From: Rhina ancylostomus
Taxonomy: Eukaryota
Direction of reading: 5' to 3'
Assembly (NCBI GenBank): GCA_030265395.1
Contig: JARFYF010000002.1
Span: 31,316,599-31,380,598, forward strand
DNA length: 64,000 bases
Shown here: piece by piece, positions 25,700-39,237 of the stretch
How the letters are laid out: every line of letters starts with the position of its first letter
Numbering within the stretch: position 1 is the stretch's first letter
Translations under genes and position numbers: made by a program
The notes under the pieces: generated by a model
Seen by the model: the letters and a program-made list of their open reading frames with translations, nothing else
What the model was told of the DNA's origin: nothing
The model's database searches: none

Positions 25700-26019
25700 A
25701 AAATCCCTGATCCCAGAGCAGTGCTGGATTTCCCAGACCACCTAACTTCCCATCTCCTAATGTCCCTCCCACCTCCCATTCCTGACAGGCCAATAGCCAA
25801 TCAAGTTCCCCTTTCCCTACCTTCTGATTTACCAGGCTCCAATATCGTCTACCATCCCTGACCACAATTGAGCCTGTGGTAACTGATTTCAACCCCTTTC
25901 CATCCCCTCAATCCAGGCCTCCAAAAAGAACATTGGGCAGTGCACTGTTGGTTCTGAAAATATATAGTTGCTTGCAGTAAGTGTAAAACTTCACTCACTT
26001 CTATACACTATACATAAGT

Positions 26020-26306
26020 ATGGAGACACAAGAGACTGCAGATGCTGAAATCTGGAGCAAAAAGCAAGCTGATGGAGGAATTCAACGGGTCAGGCAGCAT
26101 CTGTGGAGGGAAACAGATAGTCAATGTTTTGGGCCGAGACCCTGCATCTGGATTGAAAAAGTAGAGGGGAGATGGGCAGTATAAAAAGAGGAGAGGGAAG
26201 GGAATCACTGCTAAGTGACAGATGGATCCAGGTGAGGAGGGGTTGATTGACAGATGGGGGAGGGAAGGATGGAGGTAACGACAGAGGCTGGGAGGTGATA
26301 GGTGGA
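26020..26306 (-). mobile_element. Penelope-derived terminal fragment with decayed hammerhead (26118-26155)
   Basis: Same family as 39238-39480; minus strand caatcCAGATGCagggtctcggcccAAAAcattgacta. Confidence 0.75.
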
Positions 26307-26406
26307 NNNNNNNNNNNNNNNNNNNNNNNNNNNNNNNNNNNNNNNNNNNNNNNNNNNNNNNNNNNNNNNNNNNNNNNNNNNNNNNNNNNNNNNNNNNNNN
26401 NNNNNN

Positions 26407-26590
26407 CTGTGTGAAAGTATTGACCCTCAGGTCCCTTTTAAATCTTTCCTCTCTCACCCTAAACCTATGGTCCATTGTTTTGGACTCCACTACCCCAGGG
26501 AATAGACTGTTATCATCCACCTTATCTACGCCTCTCGTAATTTTAAACATTTCTATAAGGCTGCCCCTCATTCTCCTACATTCCAAGGAG
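26407..26590 (-). mobile_element. CR1 LINE fragment
   Basis: SLECRRMRGSLIEMFKITRGVDKVD..LFPGVVESKTMDHRFRVREERFKRDLR. Confidence 0.85.
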
Positions 26591-26594
26591 AATG

Positions 26595-26860
26595 AGGAGT
26601 ATGGTGTTGAGCTTCTTGAGTGGTGTTGTAGCTGCACTCATCCAGGCAAGTGAAGAGTATTTCATCACACTCCTGAATTGAGCCTTGTAGATAGTAGGGT
26701 GGTTTACAAGTTTAAACTCTGTGTCATTAAGGAAGAGGATGAGGCATTCCTTAATGTGTCTTGAATCATCACCAGCACTGTTTGCTGCCAGGGGATAGGC
26801 TTGTGCAGGTGCTGCCCTGGGTCTGTTTGTAGATCCAGGAATCCCCTTGTTTCTAAGCAT
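26595..26860 (-). mobile_element. L2/CR1-group LINE fragment (family of 30040-30935)
   Basis: TIYKAQFRSVMKYSSLAWMSAATTPLKKLNTI. Confidence 0.7.
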
Positions 26861-28339
26861 GTTTTAGGTGTGCTTCCACCCAACACAGTGGCTCAGATTC
26901 GAGATGAGGGAAATGGTAGATAGGACATTTCCTTTGTTTCATATGATTTACATTAATTCTGTTCAGTCAGACACCAAGGTTTACAAAAATTGTACTGTCA
27001 TCTTTGCTTTGATGATACTGGATGGTTGTGACTTTGCCTTTGGAAATGCATTTGGAAAATTAACTGTGCAGTGTTTTAAAATGGTGTTGCTTTATTATGG
27101 AGTTTTCTTTCTCCCAAAAGAAGAAAGTAATGTTACTGCAAAGCAACCTGCTTGAATGATCTTTCTCAGCAAATTGTTTTAATGCACCTTATATACTTAA
27201 TTATGAAAGCATGAAGTGTTGAACATAAAAAGCCTGTTAACCGCAATACCTGGGTTAGCTACATCAGTGATGCTATAACTGGAGGTCTAAAAAAAAGTGC
27301 ATAATTCTCCTTTCTCAGGGGCATTCCTCAGAGTTGAGGATGGCTTCCTTCTACCCCAGTTCTCTGGGTTCTGAGGTGGCTGGGAAGTCCCATACAGGAT
27401 CATCACTGGTGGGACAGGCAATGCTGAAATGGTCAGTGGGTGGTTTGTTACATATGATGTGTGCTCCTTCTGCTGTTTGTGTTTGGTCTCCACGTGCTCC
27501 AGTGGCAGAGAGTTAAGGTTAGGTGTGGTGCTGGGTGAAGTAGAGGGGTGAATTTTTGGGAAGGAAATAAATTGGGTGATAGGAGCTGGGGTTGGCGGTG
27601 GTTTGGAAAGAAGGGTGTGTGTGAGAGGACCTGTACATTAGTATGGGTTGTCCCTGAGATCTAAGGATCAACTTGAGTGAGAAAGGGACTTTGGCTGGGG
27701 TACATCTGCTTGGAAAACACATTATTCAATAAATTGTTCAAGTAACAAATAAATGTGCTCATTATGTATTTAGTAACGTATAAACTTTAAATTGCTAATG
27801 AATTTACTGACTTGTTCTCACACTGACTGAAGTAATAGCTGCTTGTTTCTTTATCTGAAATTCTTAACTTTTCTGAAAGAAAGCCAGTTAAATTTGCTTC
27901 ATAAATATTTCAAGATCCTTAAAGTAAAAATCAATAATGTTCAAAGGAGAAAATACATAACTTCAAAAACCCTATGCATATTACTTATTCATAGAAATTA
28001 CCAAACTGTCAGAATTGCAACACATTAATTAATGTAGAATGTAGTCTTGCTCTGATAGGCCATAGACAAGCCTTTAGAAAAATTACATTCAAAACATGCA
28101 AGGATGAAACTCGACCATGGAGAATCCTACCAAAACATTGTCTTTTTTCTCTAGTGCAACAGTAATTTTGGATGGTTACAAGGAATCATTTGTGGAGAAC
28201 AACTGTTCTTGGTTACATGAATATAATTACATTTAATTTTGTAGCAGTCAGACCATTCCACTCTACACGGACTTTACCTCATTTCACATGATTTAGACAT
28301 TCTTCCATTTTTTTTGCCAGGTTTCCCATAAATATCATA

Positions 28340-28755
28340 TGACTGGGTATCGCATTCTCTTGAATTTAGAAGAATGAGAGGTGATTTCTTTGAAATATAC
28401 AGAATTCTTATAGGACTTGACAGTATGGATGCAGAATTGATGTTTCTTCTGGCTGAGGTGCCTGGAAACTGGATCTCAAAATAAGAACTTGGTCAGACAG
28501 GACAGAGGTGAGAAAAAAAATGTCTTTGCTCAGAAAGAGGTGAGTCTTTAAAATTCTCTACCAAGGGCATCGTGAAGGCTGAGTCTCTCAGTAAATTCAA
28601 GATAGAGATCATTAGGTTTTTAGATATTATGGCTATCAAGGGAAATGTTGTTACAGCGGGAAAGTAACAATGAGGTGAATAATTGTCCTTGATGATACTG
28701 AATGGCAGAGCAGGCACGAGGGCCAAATAGACTACTCCTTGATTGCTTATGTTAT
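28340..28755 (+). mobile_element. CR1 LINE 3' fragment
   Basis: SLEFRRMRGDFFEIYRILIGLD..; tail gggccaaatagactactcc. Confidence 0.75.
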
Positions 28756-30039
28756 CAACACATTATTATATGCATTGCATTGCGGAGTTCAGGGAAAGAT
28801 TGAAATCCTGGAGGTGTTTTTCATTACTTTTGGAAACTGGAACATATTTATATATTGCTTCCCCCTGCAGACTCTGTCCAGGTAAATTCAGCAGAAGAAG
28901 TAGACTTGTTTGAGTGTTCTAGCTTTTTTGATTCAAAGTTTCTTATCATGGCCCAGAGCTACATGTAATGGCTGATATGACCACAAGTGATGTGGGTAAG
29001 GCTGATGTGCTTAACAAATTGTCTTTCCCACTGCAGCATGTTGCCTGGGAAATTTTAACTTCCAGTCCTCATGCGAAAGAACTCCATCTGTCTCCCCCGT
29101 ACACTAGTAGGAAGCAGATGTCAGCTGGCAGGCGGGAGCAGGACTTTATGTTTAGTTGTTCTGTTACTGCTCCATGAAAAGTCAAAAATAATCTGTTCAA
29201 TAGTGTCCTTGAATCTTCCATTGTCAGGAGAATAAGTTCACAAGAAGTTTGTAAGAATATATGACATTTTTTATTCTCTACAATCTATTTTTGGTGTCAA
29301 ATACTTGAGAGCTTTCCCCTCATGTTCTTTTACTTCAAGAAAGAACACCTCATCAATACCAAGCCCATGCAAGTTCCCTTTAATAAAAAGGGAACCTTAT
29401 TTCACAAGCTCTGTTCTCCAGACATTCCCAAGTCATAAACTAGTTGAGTGAGTCTCCTTGAATCTGGAAAGCCTCTGAAGCTGGATGGAAAAGCCTCAGC
29501 AAGGTACTTCAAAAAAATGACGGATTTTAAAAGCCTTACATAATTTTGAACAAACATTCAGTCTTTGCAAGTATCACCACAGGAAAGAAAAGGAGGAAAA
29601 TTATGAACACTGGAAAATAATTCAAGTAAGTATCTTGTTTAGTGAACTTTTCTGAAGGAAGCTGAGTCCCCTCCACTATTTCTTCAGAGAAGTATAGCTT
29701 CGTTGACTTTGTCATTGTGGTCATAGAGAACATTACAGTCACTGAGTTTCAAACAGAATTAACTTATATAAAGAAACAGTAGCTAGTTCAAATGAAAATT
29801 AAAATGACAGTGCGCATCTTACAAAAAACTCTCTGACCTAAGAGTGGGGGTGGGTTGTAATCTGTAATTGTAATGGAATGTTCATTACTTGGGCAGTGCT
29901 CTGATTGCATACTTTCAGATATAATGCTCTCATTTGTTTTGCTTCATAGCTCTGAGGATTGGTTGACCAATAATGACTGATGATTATTCACATGGAAATA
30001 TAGTTCAATTATGTCAAGTACATAAAGAAGCAATCTGTC

Positions 30040-30935
30040 ACAAGAAAAGAGCTAAGTTCCAGATGCAAGGTGAGAGCAACTGGCCTTAACAACAAGCTAG
30101 CATTTGACCAAGTGTGACATCAAGAAGTTCTGGTAACATTGAAGTCAACGGACATAAAGGGGAAAATACTCCAATAGTTGGAGTCATATCTTGCACAAAG
30201 AAAAATGGTCATAGTTGGAGGTCAATCAACCCAGTCCCAGCACATCACTGCAAGAGATCCTTCGGGAAACCCTAGATCCACTATCTTCAGCTATTTTATT
30301 AATTACCTTTCAACATAAGGTCAGAAGTAGAAATGTTCACAATGTTTAATTCCATTCATAACTCCTCAGCAAATGAAGCAAGCTTGCACGCAACAAGACT
30401 CAGACAACTTTCAAGCTTAGGCTGATAGCTGTCAAGTGACTCACCTCCTGACATTCCAGGCCTTTCCTCCATCTACAGGGTACAAATCTGGAGTTTGATG
30501 GAACACTTTACACTTGGTTGAATGAATGCAGCTCCAACAATACTAATGAAGCTCAGTTGCATCCAGGACAAAGCAGTCCACTTGACTGACACCCATCACC
30601 AGCCCTAAAAACTCACTCACTCCAACACCACAGCAGGTACTCAGCCAGACTACTGCAATAGTACTTGCAAAACCTACAACCTCTACCACAAAGGAGGACA
30701 TAGGCAGGAGGTGCAAGGGAACACCACCACCATCAGGTTCCCTTCCAAGTTGTACAATATCCTGGTCTGGAATTATATCATTGTTCTTTCATTGTCACTG
30801 GATCTGAATCCTGGAGTTCCCTACCTACAGCACTGTGGACGTACATTCACAAGAAGAATGGCAGTGATTCAATAGGCAGCTCTTTCTCAAGGACAATAAA
30901 TGCTGGCCTTAGATCCCCAAAAAATGAATTAAAAA
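30040..30935 (+). mobile_element. L2/CR1-group LINE, decayed RT to 3' end
   Basis: KLAFDQV*HQ..LKSTDIKGKILQ*LESYLAQRKMVIVGGQSTQSQHITA..PTIFSYFINYL matches the AFDRVWH..ITAGVPQGSVLGP.IF..FINDL RT motifs; aataaatgctggcc tail. Confidence 0.75.
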
Positions 30936-31579
30936 ATGTAAGTGTGTCTTAAATATTAACGGAATGGACTATTTGGGTACTGCCCAGACTTCATGGTCAC
31001 CCATTCTACCTTTCTCACGTGAGCCACACGGTCTTAAGTATCTTTTGTGACTGTGTGTAATGCAATACCGCTGGCCCTTTGACAAGGTGTTAGTTATGAG
31101 GAGCAGCAGGAAAATGTACCACTGCCCACGGGCTGCCTTGATGACTTTCTGACAACTTTCATTGTCAGAAGGTCTTTTCACTACTCCAAATATCTCCAAT
31201 AATCAGAGACATTTCAAAACAGTTAAAACAATTACATTTTTTAAATGAGTTAAAATATTAGAAGATTAAAACATAATAAATTCACTTAAAACATTTTTTA
31301 TGTTAATGACAGTAATTAAGATTTTTTTTTATAAAAACCCTACTTAACCTTTTTATTGAAGATTCAAATAATACTGCCACATTCAATACAATGTCATGGC
31401 TGCCTTTAAGCTGAGGAACAAAGTACAAAATGTCCAGACTCTTTGTCTCAGTCAACTATCCCTGGACTCAATGATGAGATCGAGGGTTGAACATGAAGTC
31501 AGATGTGATGAATTTGGTTTCTGGTGTACTCCATGCTTCTACACTGCACCGTGCAGGCCCAGCATGTATAAATGTTATC

Positions 31580-31675
31580 AAACAAGATGCTGGAGAAACT
31601 CAGCAGGTGGGCGGCATCTGTGGAGGGGAATAGACAGCTGAATTTTTGGATTGAGACTCTTCAAATGGACTTCAC
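31580..31675 (-). mobile_element. Penelope-derived terminal fragment, strongly decayed hammerhead
   Basis: aagatgctggagaaactcagcaggtgggcggcatctgtggagg family signature. Confidence 0.65.
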
Positions 31676-31819
31676 TTTCGTATAGTATGACCAGAGGGGA
31701 AATCCAACATCTCTGAAGAAAATTTCAGACCATATAACTACACTTCAGGTAAAATTACCTGTTTCTGTTGTAACTGCTTGATATCAATAAATACCTCCCA
31801 AGACATGGCAATGACTAGC

Positions 31820-32025
31820 CTAATATACTTTTTTTCTCTCAAAAAATGTTGAAGAGCCCTTCATGGAGATATAATAAAAAAAAACAGAAATCCAGCCATA
31901 AGAGGAGATATTAGGAAGAGCAGGAGAAAAATCATGTTTAAGGAGATGGGTTTTAGAGAGTGACTCAAAAGGAGGAGGTGGCAGATGGTGAGGTAGAAGG
32001 ATGAATGAAGGGAATTTTAGGTTGT
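31820..32025 (-). mobile_element. L2 LINE 3' end, decayed
   Basis: Minus strand FESLSKTHLLKHDF resembles the L2 C-terminus (FKxLLKTYLF). Confidence 0.55.
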
Positions 32026-33611
32026 TATGATGAGACAATGCATCCTTCCTGTTGATTTCCCTCTTTGTTGGATCTTCCATTTCCCTTCCGCACCAACCTT
32101 ATCCCTGACACCCTGTCCCTTCAATAACACACTTGTTTGCATTATATCCCCCAAGCACTGAAGCTTGTATAAGTGTCCATACCTTTCTTGGCTGATGATA
32201 TGAAGGCCTGAGGGCCAGTATCATTTACCAGGTACAGTGATCACAGATGATCTTTCTGCACATATAAATGTAATGTGTGTTGCAATGAATAAACTAGAGG
32301 TAATTCTAGACTATTCTTGAAGCAAACACAGTGTGAGCGTGGAACAGCCAGGGGCATGGCCAACTGCAATAGTTATTCAGCAGATTCAAATGTCCATATA
32401 TGTGTTAGTGTGTGTTTAATGTGCCCATTCAAACACACTCAAAATGACATCCAGCCATGTCTTTGGGCCCAGTTACATATATAGATTACACACAATACAC
32501 TTGTATATTCATGTTGAAATAACAGAGGCATCTTTACAAGGGCTTGCCATTGTAAAGCTCTACAGCACAAGAAGCCTAAGGTTTCACATGGGAGAAGTCT
32601 TATGCTCAAAGAATTTTTCTCTACCTGCTCCGCAATTGGAGTGTGGGGTTTGGAGTCAGGATTGAGTTGAGGCAATGTGGTTACAACTGCAGGAGGGGCT
32701 GGGGCCTTTGAGGGGAGCTTTTGTGAGGGGTAGATTTTTAAGTTAACATAGATCCATTTGAAATGGGTTTGCAGCACCAAGCTCCACTGCTCAGGACATA
32801 CTCAGCAAACTCTCTATCAATATACAATGAAGAGGGTCTGCTTCTGTACATGTTGCTCATGGGCCATGCATGCAGACCACCACTGGATTGCACTGCACCT
32901 GCTTTTGGGCATTGGGGCATGTGTGAACTCTGGAAGGAAGGTATAAGACTTCACGATCCATTTCGTAAGTGTCCAATATAATTTTATGTAAACTTTTCAT
33001 TGAAGTTTAGTCACACAGCGTAAATAAGTGCTGCACTATGTGATAGAATTTCTAGGCTATTGTTTTGTCAGATTTCAGGGAAAAGTCAACTTAAGGCAGT
33101 AGTATTTTAAGTCAGTTGTTTAATGGCAAGGATTNNNNNNNNNNNNNNNNNNNNNNNNNNNNNNNNNNNNNNNNNNNNNNNNNNNNNNNNNNNNNNNNNN
33201 NNNNNNNNNNNNNNNNNNNNNNNNNNNNNNNNNNCAAGGATTTATGATAAAATTACTGTGGGAAATAAGAATCCTATGAACAAGTTTTGTTTCTTTATAA
33301 GCCTGTCGCAGTGAATTGCCATAACAAGTAACACAATGTTCCAAATGGTGCTAAAAGTTACAATAACTCTTCTATCTTTCCACAAAGCAGCTGAAGTGAG
33401 CCCTTAACATAATTTAGTTGTCATGTGAGTGTGTGCTACCTTCTGTAGTGTACACTGAGTCAGTGTATCACCCCCTCACCAATATCGTAAATGTGATCTT
33501 TATTTCACTGCTTCTTCTAGGAAGGTATGTTGTGCTAATTGGCTGTTGTATTTTGCTGCATTATAAAAGCACCTATTTTAGTTGTGAATTGCATCAGGAC
33601 ATAAAGTCAGT

Positions 33612-33865
33612 CAAAAGGCAAAGTCAAGTTTGTTGTCATATGCACAAGTACATGTATGCACAGGTGCAATGAAAAACCTCTTGCAGCAGCATCACAGGCA
33701 CATTGCATCACATAAGCCACATCCACAAGAAAAACATAAATTAACCATAAATTATACACAATTTTTACAAGAAAGAACACAATTAGAACAAGAAACAACA
33801 AAGTCCAGTGTAGTGCTAAGTGATCACAGTGTTGTTATACAAGGGTAGTGATTAGGGTTGTGCAA
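33612..33865 (-). mobile_element. Rex1/Babar 3' UTR fragment
   Basis: Reverse complement of the 3' UTR seen at 55140-55314/55975-56045 and 60900-61155. Confidence 0.8.
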
Positions 33866-35089
33866 GTTTTTTTACTTTATTCTTTATTCCCTTATTCTTT
33901 AATTCTTTAATTACTTTATTCTTTAAGTACTTTATTCCTGGATTCTCTGAAACAGGAAAAATTGCAGTTTTAATTTGATCATTTGAAACAGGTGTATATA
34001 TGGTGGGTGGGACTGTTAGGTTACCTTGGAAAGAAATGGCACAGATACAATAGCATTCTGCAAGCTCATCATGCTATAAATGTATTAGCTTCTAAAGCAG
34101 CCTACCAATGTGGTTAATCTGCTTCTCTGCACCTGTGTGAGATACTGAGTTCACATTAGAAGTGCAATGGAAGTGTCTACCCTGAATGAGTAAATAGTTA
34201 GGTGCTTCCTCATCTGTTCTCTCAGTCTTTATAAGTCTTATCATGACAAGAATGCGTAGCACACATTTCCCCTGGCTTTTAATACACTTATTGACGTTGA
34301 AGTTAATCTGTGCAGGATAGCACTTCTGAGTTTCAGATGGAGTTCACTGCTGAATAATGACAGAAGGAAAAAAAGAAATAATGTGGACAGCATTTAAATC
34401 CTCTGTTTCCCAGGGAAAAAAATGGCGCAGAAAAAAATTGAAGGAGTTGATGCAGAAAATTTGGTATATCATGGAGAGAAAGTGAAACAAACTTATGCCA
34501 GAACTGTGGACTGCAGCACAGGATGTATGGTGACTGAGAGCTTTGGATCCTTGTCATGTGGAGGCTGGTTTCTCCCTGGAATTCCAAATCTCCAGCAATA
34601 GTCACCTTGAGGCACTTTAATTCTCTTTGAGCAGCGGGAGTGAAATGGGCAAGAGCTGCTATTTTTAATGAGTTGTTTCTAGTCCAACATATTTAAAGGG
34701 ACATGCTCTTCATTAAAATAAAAGAGTGTCTTGCAATCTTTCGTCTTTGTGTTTCTAAGCTAGCCTCAGCTGGTAACAGTTTTGTTTCTGATATTGGAAG
34801 CTGAGACTTGAGTTCATATTCTTATGCATGAGTTGCAAAGGGGTTTATCTAGTCACAATACAGAGCCTCAAGGGCATGTACAATGTTTAACTTCATGTTC
34901 TATTTCATTATATTTATCTTAAAGTGGTGACATTGATAGATCTTATTCAGATTTATTTATCAATGAGACAACAATGCTGAGAGCAGACCTTTGCAAAGTT
35001 CAGTCACAGAAAACCAATAAATAAGTGAATGTAGGGCAGACAGAGGTAGCTGAGTTTGAAAAGCCAGAATTCAGTCACATGACAGCCGC

Positions 35090-35270
35090 ATATGTATGAA
35101 GGGATGCATTGTGCTGAGTCTTGTGTAGGGATGTGGAACTGATCCATATTCCTGTGATTGGGGTGAATATTAAAGATCACATTGTGCTCATTGAAAATGA
35201 GCAGGGAACTCAGTTGGTGTCCCAGTTGCTGACCTCCTCACACAACTATTTTAGCATTAATCTAATTAAT
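35090..35270 (+). mobile_element. Deu-domain SINE relic (SacSINE/AmnSINE-like)
   Basis: ggtgaatattaaagatcacattgtgctcattgaaaatgagcagggaactcagttggtgtccc resembles the Deu core (GGTGGACGTAAAAGATCCCATGGCACTATT..GAAGAGCAGGGGAGTT..GGTGTCC). Confidence 0.55.
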
Positions 35271-35609
35271 AGTCATCATATAAGTGCAGATTGATGTCAC
35301 TTTTCAGTTATTTGAATTAAGGTTCTTTGTTGCAGAAACTTTTATGTATGGCCAATCCTGTTTCTAAATGAAAAATTTCTGCTACTGAAGTTGGATCCAT
35401 TAGGGAGAAACAAAGCAATATCAGTAAAAGCATTATGAATGTTAAAATCACTTTTATTTTTGTTGTAAATTTCTAATATGCAAAATTGAATTTACCAAAC
35501 CTCAACAAATAAGATTTTGAAATATTTTAGGTAATGGTATCAGAGTAACTTTTATGCTGGATGAAATTTAATTTTTGGCATTTTACATTCACAGACCAAA
35601 GAAAAAGCT

Positions 35610-35750
35610 TCTGAAGAATCCTGAAGAAGGGTCATGACCCAAAACGTTGACTGCCTGCTTTTCTCCATGGATGCTACCTGGCCTGCTGAGTTCTTTCAGC
35701 ATTATAGTTTTTCACCTAGATTCCAGCATCTGCAGTCATTTATTTCTCTA
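35610..35750 (+). mobile_element. Penelope-derived terminal fragment with near-intact hammerhead (35616-35653)
   Basis: gaatcCTGAAGAagggtcatgacccAAAAcgttgactg; perfect stem II, with GAAA changed to AAAA. Confidence 0.75.
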
Positions 35751-36049
35751 AAAAACTTCCAACATAGCCCTTCCATCTTACCCCATCATTACTATTTTGG
35801 TCTATTTTTAATCATCCATAAAAAATCTGTAAATTATTGTATCAGGTAATGATGTTTCCAAGAAAATGGTCTGACAAATTTCGTTACAATAATATGTCGC
35901 TTTTATGCATTCAGGTATTGGGATGTGATGAGAAAGCAATATGTTTTCTAATTAGTGTATGTGCTCACTTGCCCAGCATAATAACATATGATACATTTTA
36001 TGCACTTAGCTTTTTGTTTGAATAAATTCATTTCCAAAATTTTTTAGGT

Positions 36050-36380
36050 ACAGTAAATAAGGTTCTGAGGCATCTTGACAGGATGAATGTAAGGAAAATA
36101 ATGCCTCTTGTGAGAGAATCTAGAACTAAGTCCTTGTTTAAAGATAAGGAGTCATCAATTTAAAACAGAGATGAAAAGAATTATTTTCTCTCCGAGGATT
36201 TTGAGTCTTTGGAACTCTCTTCCATAAAGGGTGGTGGAGGCTGAGTCTTTGAATACCTTTTATGGGGTCTTTTATGAAAAGTGACTCCGAGTAAACCAAG
36301 AAGCAGATTGGAGATTACATTCAATGGTGGAACAGACTTGAAGGATCGAGTGACCTACTCCTAATTTGTATGTTTGTCTG
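36050..36380 (+). mobile_element. CR1 LINE 3' fragment
   Basis: PLVRESRT..FKTEMKRIIFSPRILSLWNSLP; tail gaaggatcgagtgacctactcctaatttgtatg. Confidence 0.75.
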
Positions 36381-37959
36381 TTGTATTCCAGTCTACCCAT
36401 CTCTTCCTAATCCACAAGTACCCTTTAGAAATCTTAGCATTCATCTAAAACAAAAGTAGAAACTGTTGGAAACATNNNNNNNNNNNNNNNNNNNNNNNNN
36501 NNNNNNNNNNNNNNNNNNNNNNNNNNNNNNNNNNNNNNNNNNNNNNNNNNNNNNNNNNNNNNNNNNNNNNNNNNNAGCGTATCAGGCAGCATCTGTGGAA
36601 AGAATAACAGAGTTACTTTCAACAGTGTTCTCCGTTTTTGTTTTGGATTTACAGCATTTGCACCTTTTTGATTGACCATTATTCACTTATGTCTCTTGCA
36701 CATTATACAAGGACTGTATTTTCTTCTGAATGATGATAAAGGAAGCCTTTTGACCTGATTATAGTAAACAGATCTTGCAAATCCTTTACACTTCATGATT
36801 TAGATTATTAAGGTAAAATAAAATATCTGATATCTACAATAATAGCAGCAATTTTGGTGAGTGGATGTCAGAATTAAAGTTTCATATACAAATATTCATT
36901 AGAGGGAGTAAACATTAAGGATAAACTTGCTGATGTGTTGCATGTTGACTACATTGCTATGTGGAGGTAAAAGGAGCTAATCATTTCTAATTTTAATCTG
37001 CGTGATTGAATAGGTAGTAAAAAGGGTACTTACATGCGACAGAGTCCTTTTCATATATCCAAGTTAGGTCTCAATGACATCGTTGCATTGCATTTATAGT
37101 TTCAGCTGGAGGACCTACGAGTAAATGGTAGTGGCCATCTTGTCTGTACCTGGAGCCAACCTTCCGCATGTGCCTAATACATGGCAAGCCAATTATGGAC
37201 TCAAAATTGATGAAATTTTGACTCAGCCCAGCAAGCCATGGGGAACCAAACAGGCTGAGGATGGATAGGAAATACTGAAGAACCTGCTTCTCTCAACCTC
37301 TGTGTTGTGATTGTCAATCAGGTTTTACAAGAATTAGTAATGATTTAGTGCTGGTATGACTAGTTATGTTCCCAACAGCCTTTGAAAGTGACTACTCATC
37401 ACCAGAGTCTATCCATCTGTCAATTTTTTAGAATGCTGATAAAGTCAGACATGCTTCTATCAAGGCATTTTAGTTGTGCAAAGGTTGAACATCAGATATT
37501 TCTGATATTAAGCAGTTCATGGTCTTGCATGCAAGCAAACAGGGTGGAGGTGATACAATCAAAGGACAGGTTCTGTTAATCAAATTGCCACGACTATGAT
37601 TTATGTACTATAAAGAAAGGAAGTTTTGGGGCAAAGTTCAGCAAATTGCAGGTAAATGTAGGCAGGGGTATTCACTTGTACATGTGGGCACAGGCTCCTC
37701 CGAGTTGTCATCAAGGTGAGCTATGTTCAAAATTGTCTCCAGTGAAAGAGTGAGTACCATCTAAAATTAAAGACCATTTGTAAGGTTGCTGTCAATGAAG
37801 ATTTACAAGTTAACAAATAAAACGGAAAAACCTGTCCAAGCAAGCTAGTCAAGCAACTGCCTGTCTGCTGACATTCACAGAATGTGTGCCTGGAAATGCA
37901 ACTGCATGGTGCTGGTGGTAATTGTCACTTTTTCCAGGGTGAAACACAATAATGACCAA

Positions 37960-38140
37960 CAAAAGCAGAAAATGCTAGAAAAACACTGCAAGTCAGGCAC
38001 TATCTGTGGAAAGGGAAGCATTCACTGTTTTGGGTCTGTGACCCTTAGTCAAAACTGAGGAAGAGACAAATACAAGTTAGTCTTCAGTGGGAGAGATGGT
38101 GAGGAAGGGATTGTAGAACAAAGGGAACATGAGACCAAAT
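37960..38140 (-). mobile_element. Penelope-derived terminal fragment, decayed hammerhead (38019-38057)
   Basis: aaaagcagaaaatgctag..gtcaggcactatctgtggaaag signature; stem II gggtc-aca-gaccc. Confidence 0.65.
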
Positions 38141-39237
38141 AGCTTAACTGGGGCAGTTATCAGCAGTTTAAGGTTCTTGGTCTGTGTAATGTGTTGTAAA
38201 TGGTTAGGTTCTATGTCAGATTTTCAGCATCTACAATTTAGTTGAATTACAATAATGACAATTTCTGGGTTGCTTCACATTACTGGAAAAATTCAACTCT
38301 TGTGATTCTGCACCGATTTCTGCATCAGTGGCACATGGGATGACACCAGATTCTGTGCAACACTCCCTTTGAAGCATTGCAAGAGAAACTGGACCACTTG
38401 TCTGAAATATGGGCTCCCTCTGCTCCACAATTTCCCTGATGCCATGAACCCAGTGATGTTGGTCCCAATGCAATACTTTCTGAACCCAATCCCTTTCAGG
38501 CATCTTTCTACTCCTGATCTCTTCCCAGATCCAAGTGCCAGCTTTTTCCTGAACTCTTCCTGAACACAAATCTATCTTTTCCCAATCCCTTCCCAAACAC
38601 ATGCAAATGACCTTCCAATTCTTACTCAAATACAGTTTCCAGTTTTCTCCTAACCTCTGTCTGAGCAGTGGTCTCCATCAACAGTTCCCCATCACCACTT
38701 TGGTTCCTGATGTTCCCTTGCTCCCATGGCTCCTCCAAACTGGGCCTATTGTCAATGATTCCCAAAGCCTGGCCATAGGAAAGAAGTGGCATTCTCTCTT
38801 CCAGGCCTCAGTGCAATTGAAGCTTTCATGGGACGATCAATGGTAAAATGGTAATTGGCACCATGCTACAGTACCATTTTAGTGCTCTAGAATTTCTAGA
38901 CACATATCCTTAAGCCAATGTCTTAAGATCCTTCATCATGGTCCTTGTGGATGTTCTTTCCCACTTGTAAGATTGGCTCACCAGAGGTAGCACCACATGA
39001 GAAAGTGTATTATACTGGAATAGTTTTGTCTGGATAAATTAACAACACTTGGGCAGTTTTTCACCATTGGACAAACCAGGCCAATTGATTAGCATTAGTT
39101 CAGCTTATTCATTCACTTCCTCCACATCTACTACAGTATGGCTAGGAAGTGTAGTAGAGGAGGAGGAAGTGAATGAACAAGGTGAACTAATGCAAATTCC
39201 CATGATAGACTGTGACAACTTGCCAAGACTTAGCAGT

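Noticed and set aside
33868-33940. Degenerate (ctttatt)n tract
   Set aside because: Ordinary low-complexity slippage next to a LINE end
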